This document shows, in pieces, positions 54,659 to 62,986 of a stretch of DNA of 64,000 bases. The DNA lies in the IMG/VR virus record IMGVR_UViG_3300035704_000393, positions 9,677-73,676 of that record. The stretch is one strand, 5' to 3'. The translations under genes and the position numbers were made by a program. The notes below the pieces were generated by a model. It did not search any database. It had not been told where the DNA came from and saw only the letters and a list, made by a program, of their open reading frames with translations. Every line of letters begins with the position of its first letter. Position 1 is the stretch's first letter. The stretch is from a virus.

Positions 54659-55762
54659 ATGGACGGCGCCCCGCCAGCCGGCCACGGCTACGCCCAGGTC
54701 TGCACCCTCAACCCGGACGGCTCGGGCGTGGCCTGGCTCGGCCGGATCGGCCACGTCAACGGCCTGTCGTGGACCGACACCGTACCCGGCGGCAACGAGC
54801 AGCTCCAGGCCACCCTCCAGATCGACCCCCGCTACCGCACCACCGCGCTCAACCCGGGCCGGCTCGTCCGCGCCTACAAGGGCGGCTCCGTCCAATTCGA
54901 GGGCATCCTGGACGAGCCCGTCCCCGGCAGCTCGGGGTTCCAGCTCACCGCCGCCGGCGCCGGCACCTGGGGCGGCCGGTACCAGGCCATCTACAGCACG
55001 TGGACCGCCACCGACATCCTCACCCAGGCGATCAGCCGCGGCCTGCGCTGGGTCCTCGGCTCGATCGGCTCCGGCTACCTGGCCCAGCAGTACGACTCCG
55101 GCTCCCAAACCGTCCAGGACTTCCTCACCGGCTACACCTCCCCCGGCTCGGCCACCTGGCGGGTGCACCGCACCTTCGCCGGCAACCAGATCGACATCTA
55201 CCCGCTCCCCGCCACCCCGACCCGCATCCTGATCGCCACCGTGCCCGCCGCGCGGACCCTGGCCGGCTATTACAACGCGATCTGGATCAGGTACCAGAAC
55301 AACGCCCCGGCGGCCGGATCGAACACCAGCCCGACCTTCGCCGTCACCTCGGTCACGAACGCCGCGAGCATCGCCAAGCACGGCCGGCAGGAAACCTACT
55401 GGGACCTGTCCAGCGCCGGGTTCCTGACCACGGCCGCCGCCCAGGCGTACGGCAATAACGCGCTCGCCAAGTACCAGGCCGCCTCGTGGGCCGGCCCCTT
55501 CCAGGTCGCGCCCGGCCAGTACCGCACGATGGGCGGCGCGCCGGTCGACCTGGGCACCGAGCACGCCGGGGAAGTCGCCCGGCTCGTCCTCGCGGACGGC
55601 CCCTACGGCGGCGAGGTGAACCCGGCACCGCCGGTCCAGTTCCTCGTCGGCAAATACGAATACCACGACACCGACGGCTCGGCGGTCGTCACCCCCTACC
55701 AGTACTGGGCCTCCGACCTGTCCGGGATGATCCAGTCGCTCACCCCGATCTCCACACCCTGA
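54659..55762 (+). CDS. Minor tail protein (hub/Tal-like)
   Basis: LSWTDTVPGG...GRLVRAYKGG..QFEGILDEP...SIAKHGRQE. Confidence 0.7.
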   Translation: MDGAPPAGHGYAQVCTLNPDGSGVAWLGRIGHVNGLSWTDTVPGGNEQLQATLQIDPRYRTTALNPGRLVRAYKGGSVQFEGILDEPVPGSSGFQLTAAGAGTWGGRYQAIYSTWTATDILTQAISRGLRWVLGSIGSGYLAQQYDSGSQTVQDFLTGYTSPGSATWRVHRTFAGNQIDIYPLPATPTRILIATVPAARTLAGYYNAIWIRYQNNAPAAGSNTSPTFAVTSVTNAASIAKHGRQETYWDLSSAGFLTTAAAQAYGNNALAKYQAASWAGPFQVAPGQYRTMGGAPVDLGTEHAGEVARLVLADGPYGGEVNPAPPVQFLVGKYEYHDTDGSAVVTPYQYWASDLSGMIQSLTPISTP

Positions 55763-55774
55763 CCGGGAGGCCGC

Positions 55775-56332
55775 GTGCTGCACACCGTGCTAGCCGGCTG
55801 GGCCGCGCTGATCGCCGCCGCGTTCTGGCCCGCCGCCGCGCTGACCTGCGCGCTGCTGCTGCTCACCGTGCTCGCCCGCACCGTCCAGGCGTCACCGAAG
55901 TCCTACGCCAACGAGGCCCGGATCGGCGCCCTGGAAACCGGCTACCTGCCCGCCGCGATCCAGCCCGGCTCCGTCCCGCCGGTCCCCGAGACCTGGCACG
56001 ACCTCCCCTCCGGGATCAACGGGTGGGGGCTCGGCACCGGCGGGTGGAAGAAATACCGGCTGCTGGCCGAGGGGTCCGTCGAGATCACGATCTCGCTGCG
56101 GCTGATCGGCACCAAGGCCGACGGCACCCAGCTTTTCCCGGCCGGCTCCCTGCCGTCCGGCTACCAGCCGAACCAGGCCAAGCGGCTGGGCTGCTCCACC
56201 ACGAACAACGCCCTGTCCGCGAACTCCACGGCCTGGATCGGGGTCCTGTCGGACGGGTCCTTCAACATCTCCGGCGTCAACGGCACCATCGACCAGGTTG
56301 ACCTGCACGCCACCCTGCCGCTACCCACCTGA
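55775..56332 (+). CDS. Tail fiber-like C-terminal domain preceded by a hydrophobic segment
   Basis: TWHDL...NGW...YRL...G.VEI...LPSGYQP; GGGAGG RBS. Confidence 0.6.
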   Translation: MLHTVLAGWAALIAAAFWPAAALTCALLLLTVLARTVQASPKSYANEARIGALETGYLPAAIQPGSVPPVPETWHDLPSGINGWGLGTGGWKKYRLLAEGSVEITISLRLIGTKADGTQLFPAGSLPSGYQPNQAKRLGCSTTNNALSANSTAWIGVLSDGSFNISGVNGTIDQVDLHATLPLPT

Positions 56333-56348
56333 CCAGGAGGCCCCCGCA

Positions 56349-56666
56349 ATGTGGTACGGCGACAACCCCGGGCTGATCGCCCAGCGGATGAAGGACATCT
56401 GCACCCGGCTGCTGGTGATCGAGGAAGCCGAGCGGGAATACGAATGGCTGGCCGCCCAGGCCGACGCCGACCTGCTCGACGTCTCCGCCGGCGGGAACAT
56501 GAACGGCGGCTTCACCGCCGACCAGCTCTCCCGCGCCCGGGGCGCGTTCGCGGACCTGCACGCCCTGTGGCTGCTCGTCCACGACTTCCCCGCCCCCGCC
56601 AGCTACAACATCACCGGCCAGTACGACTTCCTCAACAACGCGAGGCATATTATCGCCGGGCAGTAA
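56349..56666 (+). CDS. Hypothetical protein
   Basis: AGGAGG RBS before ATG 56349. Confidence 0.6.
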   Translation: MWYGDNPGLIAQRMKDICTRLLVIEEAEREYEWLAAQADADLLDVSAGGNMNGGFTADQLSRARGAFADLHALWLLVHDFPAPASYNITGQYDFLNNARHIIAGQ

Positions 56667-56711
56667 ATAAGGGGGGAAGATGTTACGGGAGGACCGGAAG
56701 GGAGGCTCCCG

Positions 56712-57026
56712 TTGGCGATCCCCGCGTCCCCTAAAAGGACCCTGCCCGCGGCGGCGCTCATCGCCGCGGCCGGGCTGATCATCGCCGTAGCCCGGCTCAG
56801 CTTGCAGCTGTCCGGGAACCGGGTACCGCTCTGGCTGGACTGGGCGTGCCTGTCCCTGTGGCTGCTCGCGCTCGCCCTGCTGACCGCGGCCCGCCGGCAG
56901 GAACACCGGGCTACTGGCGCACCGGGATGCCGTAGACGTGCCCCCAGTGGATCAGCGACGGCGCCGCCGGCGGCAGCGGGTCCGGGCAGCCCTGCCCCGC
57001 GTAGGCATCCCGAGCCCCGGCGATGA
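56712..57026 (+). CDS. Two-TM membrane protein
   Basis: GGGAGG RBS plus TTG; two hydrophobic helices; 3' end overlaps the convergent gene. Confidence 0.45.
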   Translation: MAIPASPKRTLPAAALIAAAGLIIAVARLSLQLSGNRVPLWLDWACLSLWLLALALLTAARRQEHRATGAPGCRRRAPSGSATAPPAAAGPGSPAPRRHPEPRR

Positions 57027-57339
57027 ACGTGACCGCCAGCCTCGACGGCTTAGTCGCCGGCGGGGTCGCCGTCAGCGGGATGGACGTCAGCGCCCCGTAG
57101 AACCGGCACGACGCCCGGACCTCGGCCTGCTGCTGGAAGTACAGGAACGCCAGGACAGCCAGCCCCACCGTGACCAGCAGCGCGTACGCGGTCAGCGTGA
57201 TCCACCGGGCGCGGTGCAGCGGCTGGAGCTGCTCGAAGAGGTTCTGGTCGATCTCCGAGACCGGGCGGGGCTCCCCGTCCGGGCGGTGCCCCGGCACCGG
57301 GACGCCCGGCGCCGCGGCTGGTTCGTCCGGCTGGCTCAT
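56911..57339 (-). CDS. Membrane protein (single TM; lysis-accessory-like)
   Basis: GGAGG RBS and ATGA coupling; TM followed by a two-Cys periplasmic part. Confidence 0.6.
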   Translation of the reverse strand: MSQPDEPAAAPGVPVPGHRPDGEPRPVSEIDQNLFEQLQPLHRARWITLTAYALLVTVGLAVLAFLYFQQQAEVRASCRFYGALTSIPLTATPPATKPSRLAVTFIAGARDAYAGQGCPDPLPPAAPSLIHWGHVYGIPVRQ

Positions 57340-57794
57340 CGTCCTGCCTCCAGGCCGTCGTCAAGGTGGCGGCTGATCCGGTCCATCACCCGGCCGCAGT
57401 TATCAGCCAGGTCGCCCAGTTTGCCGAGCCCTGAGCTGATCACCTCGGCGTTGCGGCGGATCTCGGTGCGGGTGTCGGCGGCCAGCGCGAGCATCTCGGC
57501 GGTACGCCGCTCCAGCGTGTCCCACGCCCGCGCGCCGGTCACCGTGTCCTGCAAGACACCGACCCGGCCGATCAGGTCGGCGATCTTCTCATCCCGCATC
57601 GACAGCTGACGGTGCAGGTCGGCGTTCTCCACGTCCTGCGCCTTGGATTTGGCCTCCCACGCGCTGGCCGTGTCCCGGTACACCTGCGTGGATACCGACC
57701 GCTTCCCGACCCGCCACGACGCGAACAGGGCAACGAAGGTCAGCGCCAGGCCGACCACGGCCACGATGGCGCTGATGTTGCCCGAGTTAAACAC
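57336..57794 (-). CDS. Membrane protein with coiled coil (holin/lysis-accessory-like)
   Basis: GGAGGG RBS plus GTG 57794; N-terminal TM then heptads. Confidence 0.6.
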   Translation of the reverse strand: MFNSGNISAIVAVVGLALTFVALFASWRVGKRSVSTQVYRDTASAWEAKSKAQDVENADLHRQLSMRDEKIADLIGRVGVLQDTVTGARAWDTLERRTAEMLALAADTRTEIRRNAEVISSGLGKLGDLADNCGRVMDRISRHLDDGLEAGR

Positions 57795-57896
57795 GAGGGC
57801 GCAACCCTCCAGCCTCAAACAAAGGCCGGGAGTGCGCGCCCGGGACGGCAACCCCGCGCGCCGTCACTGCCTACAGTACCGGGAAGCGAGGCCGCG

Positions 57897-58433
57897 GTGA
57901 CATCAGACAAGCCAGCCGAACAAAAACCCCCACACTGGGACCGGCTGGCGATGGACACCCGCACCTGCCTCGACCTGCTCGGCGACGACCCCCCGGCCTG
58001 CCTGCTCGGCGGCGCCGGCGGGAACTGCCACCCGGCCGACCAGCACGCGGCGGCGAACCTGGGCGCCCTGCGCGCCCTGGTCCAGGACCTCATCCTGCGG
58101 CTGCGCCCCGAGGACGCCCAAGCCGTGTGGGAAGGGCACCGGGGCGCCGACGAGGCCCTGCACGGCGGTGTCCACACCCGCCAGAGACAACCCGGGCAGC
58201 CGCCCGCCCGGCGGCCACCAGCCCACCCGGCACCACCCGGGACGCCCCCCGCCTTAAAGGAGGCCGCACCATGCCGATGCCGCGCCCTGGCACGGACTTC
58301 GACCCCGGCGAGCACCCGCCCGCCCCGGACGACCACCCCGCCTTCACCGCCGCCGCCCTGCCGTCCAGCACCCTGTGGGGGCTCGACTACGCCTGGGAAC
58401 GCGACACGCCCGCCCAGATCGCCGCGCTGCTGA
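57897..58433 (+). CDS. Hypothetical protein (3' end overlaps the endolysin; extent uncertain)
   Basis: GAGG RBS plus GTG; coding-like to ~58190. Confidence 0.4.
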   Translation: MTSDKPAEQKPPHWDRLAMDTRTCLDLLGDDPPACLLGGAGGNCHPADQHAAANLGALRALVQDLILRLRPEDAQAVWEGHRGADEALHGGVHTRQRQPGQPPARRPPAHPAPPGTPPALKEAAPCRCRALARTSTPASTRPPRTTTPPSPPPPCRPAPCGGSTTPGNATRPPRSPRC

Positions 58434-59299
58434 AGGCCAACCAGGCCCGCTTCGCCTGCCGCTACATCAACGACGCGGTGCCCGGCGGCAAGGGCATGAT
58501 GCCCGCCGAAGCGCAGGCGCTGGCCCGCGCCGGCATCATCATCGGGCCGGTCTGGGAAACCACCGGCACCGACTTCACCGGGGGCCGCAACGCCGGGCTC
58601 GCCGACGGCCGGGCCGCCGCCGCCGCGCTGCACCGCTACGGAGCACCCGCCGGCACCGTGTGCTGGTTCGCGATCGACACCGACACCAGCAACCACGCCG
58701 CCGTCAACGACTACCTGCGCGGCGCCAAGGCCGCCACCGGCCAGTACATCGCCCAGCTCTACGGCTCCTACGGCGTGGTCGAGGCCGCCGCCGCGGCCGG
58801 CCTCGGCTCCTGGCACTGGCAGACCTACGCCTGGTCCGCCGGGAAGCTCTCCCGCCACGCCCTGCTCTACCAGTACCAGAACGCCGTCATGATCGGCGGC
58901 ATCAGCATGGACCGGGACCGCACCGTGCAGGCGATGGCCGGCCCGTGGGCACACCCCGCCAGCGCACCCGCCCCGAAGCCGCCGACACCCAAGCCGGCGC
59001 CCGCCCCGGCCGACGCGCCGGCGTTCCCCTACCCGGCCGGCCACTACCTCGGCAAGACCTCACCCGACCCGGACTGCCACTCCGGCGCCACTTCCGCCGA
59101 CCAGCCCCACGTGCTCCGCTGGCAAGCCCAGATGGCCGGCCGCGGCTGGACCATCACCGCCGACGGCCGGTTCGGCAACCAGTCCGACACCGTGGCCCGG
59201 GCGTTCCAGGCCGAGAAGCACCTCGCCGTCGACGGCCGCGTCGGCACCGCCACCTGGGCCGCCTCCTGGACCGCGCCTCTCACCGGCCCGGGCACCTGA
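58271..59299 (+). CDS. Endolysin: DUF1906/Rv2525c-like glycoside hydrolase plus PG-binding domain
   Basis: AAGGAGG RBS; GLDY...FACRY...VWET...FAIDTD...LYG...WQTYAWS; ADGRFG...FQAEKHLAVDGRVG. Confidence 0.9.
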   Translation: MPMPRPGTDFDPGEHPPAPDDHPAFTAAALPSSTLWGLDYAWERDTPAQIAALLKANQARFACRYINDAVPGGKGMMPAEAQALARAGIIIGPVWETTGTDFTGGRNAGLADGRAAAAALHRYGAPAGTVCWFAIDTDTSNHAAVNDYLRGAKAATGQYIAQLYGSYGVVEAAAAAGLGSWHWQTYAWSAGKLSRHALLYQYQNAVMIGGISMDRDRTVQAMAGPWAHPASAPAPKPPTPKPAPAPADAPAFPYPAGHYLGKTSPDPDCHSGATSADQPHVLRWQAQMAGRGWTITADGRFGNQSDTVARAFQAEKHLAVDGRVGTATWAASWTAPLTGPGT

Positions 59300-59841
59300 T
59301 GCCCGCGCCGGCCGTCCAGCCCGGCGACGTCCTGGCCATCCGCACCGGCGGGTGGCAAGGCCGGTGGATCAGGTTCGGCTCCGCCATCACCGACCAGCCC
59401 AACCTGTCCAACCACATCGCCGTCGCCCACCACACCGACGCCAAAGGCACCCTGTGGGTGATCGAGGGCCGCCCCGGCGGCGCCGGGTGGCGCGACGCCA
59501 CCGCCTACCTCAAATCCCCCGGGCTGCTCACCAACGCCGCCCAGCCCAAGACCGGCGCCCAGCGCAACCAGGTCACCACCATCATGCAAACGCTCATCGG
59601 CACCGGCTACGACTGGGACGCCATCGCCGCCGACGCCTTCCGCGACCTCGGCTGGCACCTGCCCGGCTGGGACCCCACCTGGCACGGAACCGTCCCCGCC
59701 CACGTCGTCTGCTCCAGCCTGGCCGCCTACGGCTACGAGAAGGCCGAACTCGCCCGGCCGCCCGGCCAGCGCGGCTGCCAGCCCTCGGACTGGGATACCT
59801 TCATCCTGCGGCGCGGCTGGGAACTCGGAGCCCGCCGGTGA
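59299..59841 (+). CDS. Permuted papain-like NlpC/P60 amidase (YiiX/YebB-like)
   Basis: QPGDVL...NHIAV...VIEG...GTGYDW...VVCSSLA. Confidence 0.8.
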   Translation: MPAPAVQPGDVLAIRTGGWQGRWIRFGSAITDQPNLSNHIAVAHHTDAKGTLWVIEGRPGGAGWRDATAYLKSPGLLTNAAQPKTGAQRNQVTTIMQTLIGTGYDWDAIAADAFRDLGWHLPGWDPTWHGTVPAHVVCSSLAAYGYEKAELARPPGQRGCQPSDWDTFILRRGWELGARR

Positions 59842-60119
59842 ACGCGATCACCCGGTGGGCCGCCACCCACCGCAAGGCCCTCGTCGCCGCGTTCGGCGTG
59901 GCCGTCACCCTCGCCGCCGGGGTCTGGGGCACCGGCAACAAATGGGTCGCGCTGGCCGTCCTCATCGCCACCGTCCTCGGCGTCAACCAGGTCCCCAACC
60001 AGGCCGCCACCACGCCCGCCGAGCCCGCGCCGTACCCGCCGCCGCCGGCGCCCGGCCCGCACCGGCCCAGCGCCCCACTGGCCGGCGACGGCACCCCGGG
60101 ACCGGAGCCGAAGGATTAG
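59838..60119 (+). CDS. Holin
   Basis: HRKALVAA, two TMs, LGVNQVPN; follows the lysins. Confidence 0.8.
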   Translation: MNAITRWAATHRKALVAAFGVAVTLAAGVWGTGNKWVALAVLIATVLGVNQVPNQAATTPAEPAPYPPPPAPGPHRPSAPLAGDGTPGPEPKD

Positions 60120-60334
60120 CGGGGGCCGGCTCCGCCCCCGGTGACCTGTAGGAAACCGACCATAATCGCGCAGCCCGCCGGCACGCCAGAGGAACCCGTA
60201 ACCGTCAGCCCGGGACCCGCGCCGCCACCACGGCGCATCACAGCACGCAGCCGACTAACGCCAATCACCTGACCACCAGGCACATAGGTGTTATCGTCCG
60301 GTGATGTGTCCGCACTGACCCCGTTACAACGCGC

Positions 60335-60368
60335 CGCTGCCCTGAACCCCGCCAGGCTCAGGGCAGCG
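60335..60368. promoter_or_regulatory. 11-bp perfect stem-loop in the leader of the LysM-Rpf gene
   Basis: cgctgccctga (60335-60345) / tcagggcagcg (60358-60368). Confidence 0.4.
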
Positions 60369-60417
60369 CAATACCCCGCACGAATCCGCTGGAATGGACC
60401 GAAAGGGCTCAGACGAA

Positions 60418-61164
60418 GTGTATCTTGCCGAGGGCCTGACGGCACTAGCCGTTCTGGCCGCACCAACCCACCATCCACCCGTCGTCACCGTCCACGCAGG
60501 CGACACCCTCACCCAGCTCGCCGCGGAGAACTGCCCGTCCGCCGCCTACTACCCCGGCCTGGCCCGAGCCTCCGGCATCCGCAACCCCGACATGATCGAG
60601 CCCGGCGAGCGCGTCACCGTCGTCTGCTCGACCACCGGGCCGCACTCCCCCGTCGCCGCCACCCTCACCAGCTCAACCGGCCGCCGCGGCCACCGGTACG
60701 CCGGAAGGCACGCCCGCGCCCGCGCCAGCACCAGCAGGTACGGCGGGCACCACGACCAGTGGGACGGGCACCACGACCAGTGCGGCGACGGCGACGGCGA
60801 CGGGATGGATATGCCCTGCTCGGTGCTGCACCACGGCAACAGCACCGGCAGCAGCGCCGGCGGCTACCAAGGACGCCACCGCGTCACAGCCGCCGCGGCC
60901 AGCGGCGGCGGCAGCAGCGTCACCCCCGGCAGCAGCTTCGAGGCATGCGTCATCTCCCGCGAATCCGGCGGCAACGCCCAGGTCATGAACGCCAGTCAGC
61001 ATTGGGGACTCTATCAATTCAGCGAGTCGACCTGGGAAGCGTACGGGGGCAGCGCGGCCGACTTTGGCCGCGCCTCGGCGTCTGTCCAAAGACGAGTCTT
61101 CCTCAACGCCATCGCCCAGGGCGGCCAGTCCAACTGGAGCCCCTACGATGGGTGCTTACGGTGA
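60418..61164 (+). CDS. LysM plus Rpf-like lytic transglycosylase (secreted)
   Basis: VTVHAGDTLTQLA...IRNPDMIEPGERV; CVISRESGGN...GLYQFSESTW...W...C. Confidence 0.85.
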   Translation: MYLAEGLTALAVLAAPTHHPPVVTVHAGDTLTQLAAENCPSAAYYPGLARASGIRNPDMIEPGERVTVVCSTTGPHSPVAATLTSSTGRRGHRYAGRHARARASTSRYGGHHDQWDGHHDQCGDGDGDGMDMPCSVLHHGNSTGSSAGGYQGRHRVTAAAASGGGSSVTPGSSFEACVISRESGGNAQVMNASQHWGLYQFSESTWEAYGGSAADFGRASASVQRRVFLNAIAQGGQSNWSPYDGCLR

Positions 61165-61196
61165 TCAGACCACCGTAGTGGTCGATACAATGGAGT

Positions 61197-61754
61197 ATGG
61201 GCAAAGCAAGGCAGTTCGTCAAAGTCGGCCAGCCGTTCGACAAGCTGACCGTCACCGACCCCGACACCCGCAAGGGCGAGGCACGCGCCGCGTTGTGCGA
61301 CTGTTCGTGTGGCACGACCGGGGTCCTCGTCCGGATCAATCACCTGACGTCAGGCCGCGTGCGGTCATGCGGCTGCATCCGGCGCGATCAGGTCGCCGAG
61401 CGGAACCGGGCCACCGCCAGGCGGGCCGGGGCGACTACGCACCCGCTGTGGCCTCACTGGGCTGCCATGATGAACCGCTGCTTCAATCCGGCGGCCGGGA
61501 ACTATCAGTGGTACGGCGGCGCCGACCCGGCCGTCACCGTCTGCCGAGAGTGGGCAGAGGACCCCTGGGCGTTCATCCGGTACGTCGAGCGCGAGCTTGG
61601 CCCGCGGCCGTCGGCGAAGCACTCGATCGACCGCGAGCGCGGCGCCAGCTACGAACCCGGGAAGGTCCGCTGGGCGGACCCGATCGAGCAGGCGCGCAAC
61701 CGGCGGCCGTATGGCACCGGCTCATCTGGCCCGCGATCGCGACGATCATCGTAG
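61197..61754 (+). CDS. Free-standing HNH homing endonuclease-like protein
   Basis: CDCSCG...LTSGRVRSCGC...WAAMMNRC...YGG...VCREW...HSIDR...YEPGKVRWA...QARNRR. Confidence 0.85.
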   Translation: MGKARQFVKVGQPFDKLTVTDPDTRKGEARAALCDCSCGTTGVLVRINHLTSGRVRSCGCIRRDQVAERNRATARRAGATTHPLWPHWAAMMNRCFNPAAGNYQWYGGADPAVTVCREWAEDPWAFIRYVERELGPRPSAKHSIDRERGASYEPGKVRWADPIEQARNRRPYGTGSSGPRSRRSS

Positions 61755-62176
61755 TCACCGCGGGACTCGCCGCGCCGGCCGCCACCGCCCAGCCAGCACG
61801 CAGCCCGGCCGACCTGGCCGGAGCGGCGCTCAACTGGGCCGAGGGCCACGCGCTCGGCCACCCCTACCAGTGGGCCGGCTCCGGTCCTGGCGGGTACGAC
61901 TGCTCCGGCCTGGTCATGGCCGCCTACGGCCACGCTGATGGCATCTGGCTGCCGCACTCCACCTACTTGATGCTCGCCAGCGGTCACCTGCGCCAGGTCC
62001 CCATCGGCTCGGCGCCGCGCGGCGCCCTGCTGTTCTTCGGCCCGGGCCACGTCGAGCTGAACACCAAGTGGCACGACACCTCGTTCGGCGCCCAGCAGAC
62101 CGGAACGCTGGTCGGCTGGCACCGCTGGTTCCCCGGCTCCTACGAGCCCACCGCGGCCTACGTCGTCGTCGGCTGA
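61709..62176 (+). CDS. Secreted NlpC/P60 peptidase (start uncertain)
   Basis: Signal-peptide-like WPAIATIIVVTAGLAAPAATA; GHPYQWAG...YDCSGLV...GHVEL. Confidence 0.8.
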   Translation, partial: VWHRLIWPAIATIIVVTAGLAAPAATAQPARSPADLAGAALNWAEGHALGHPYQWAGSGPGGYDCSGLVMAAYGHADGIWLPHSTYLMLASGHLRQVPIGSAPRGALLFFGPGHVELNTKWHDTSFGAQQTGTLVGWHRWFPGSYEPTAAYVVVG

Positions 62177-62177
62177 G

Positions 62178-62209
62178 ACCCCCGGGGGGCTACCACCTCC
62201 CCCGGGGAC
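62178..62209. terminator. GC-rich hairpin after the NlpC/P60 gene, in the convergent interval
   Basis: ccccggggggg ... tcccccgggga. Confidence 0.4.
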
Positions 62210-62332
62210 CTCGCCTGGGCTCGGCGCGCCCTGCCAGCAGAACGGCGGGGTACGCATCGGGCCTAGGAACCCCTGTTACCCCGCCTGACTGGCAGGCTAC
62301 ACCGGTCACGCCGGAAGGCGGCGCGGTAGTTC

Positions 62333-62578
62333 CTACGGTACCGGCGGCCCGGAGCCCGGATCTGCGACATTTTCCGCAATCGCCCACCGCCACACCTTCC
62401 GCGGCGGCTCCTGATAACGGCGGACCGTCCCGTCACGCGTCCGGGCCTGGTCGAGCAGCCAGAACACGATCTGCTTGTTGGCCTCCAGCCGGATCGCCAT
62501 CTGCCCGGCGGTCGTGCCCGGGTGCTCAGTCAGATCCGCCATGATCCGGTCGCTCAGGTCCGGCTGCTTCCCGGTCAC
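62333..62578 (-). CDS. Winged-HTH protein
   Basis: IMADLTEHPGTTAGQMAIRL...VWRW. Confidence 0.6.
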   Translation of the reverse strand: MTGKQPDLSDRIMADLTEHPGTTAGQMAIRLEANKQIVFWLLDQARTRDGTVRRYQEPPRKVWRWAIAENVADPGSGPPVP

Positions 62579-62958
62579 CGCGAGCTGGACGGCCGGCCCG
62601 CGCGGTTACTGATCGGACCCAGGGTCGCCTGCCGGGTCGCCGGCTGACCCGGGCGCGCTCTGGTCGGCGCGGACCCGTCGAGCGCCGCCAGGCTCCGCTC
62701 ATACCGCTGGTCGATGTCGGCCAGCAGGGCGGCGAGCCGGCCGCACTCGCCGTCCAGCCTGGCCGCGTGCGGGCTGCCTGCCTCGCGCAGCTCGCCGGCG
62801 AGCCTCTTCAGCCTGGCTGTGTGCACGGTCGCCGCCTCGCGCAGCTCGGCCGCGTGCGCCTGCTCGACCCGCAGCCGGGCGGCCTGCCTGCTGCCGAGCC
62901 CGCGGGTACCCCGCCCCCGCCTCTCACGCTCCGTCACGTCCGCACTGCTGTTAGTCAT
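62575..62958 (-). CDS. Hypothetical helical protein
   Basis: GTGA-coupled to the HTH gene; coiled-coil composition. Confidence 0.5.
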   Translation of the reverse strand: MTNSSADVTERERRGRGTRGLGSRQAARLRVEQAHAAELREAATVHTARLKRLAGELREAGSPHAARLDGECGRLAALLADIDQRYERSLAALDGSAPTRARPGQPATRQATLGPISNRAGRPSSSR

Positions 62959-62986
62959 GCCGCGAACCTACCATCTGGAGGCAGCT

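Noticed and set aside
52052-55783. 1243-aa minus-strand ORF (also 43937-46348, 29866-31956, 20126-23401)
   Set aside because: Antisense shadows of well-supported plus-strand genes; no motifs.
60120-60417. c-di-AMP (ydaO) riboswitch upstream of the Rpf gene
   Set aside because: Expected by context, but I could not find its consensus segments; only a generic hairpin is evident.
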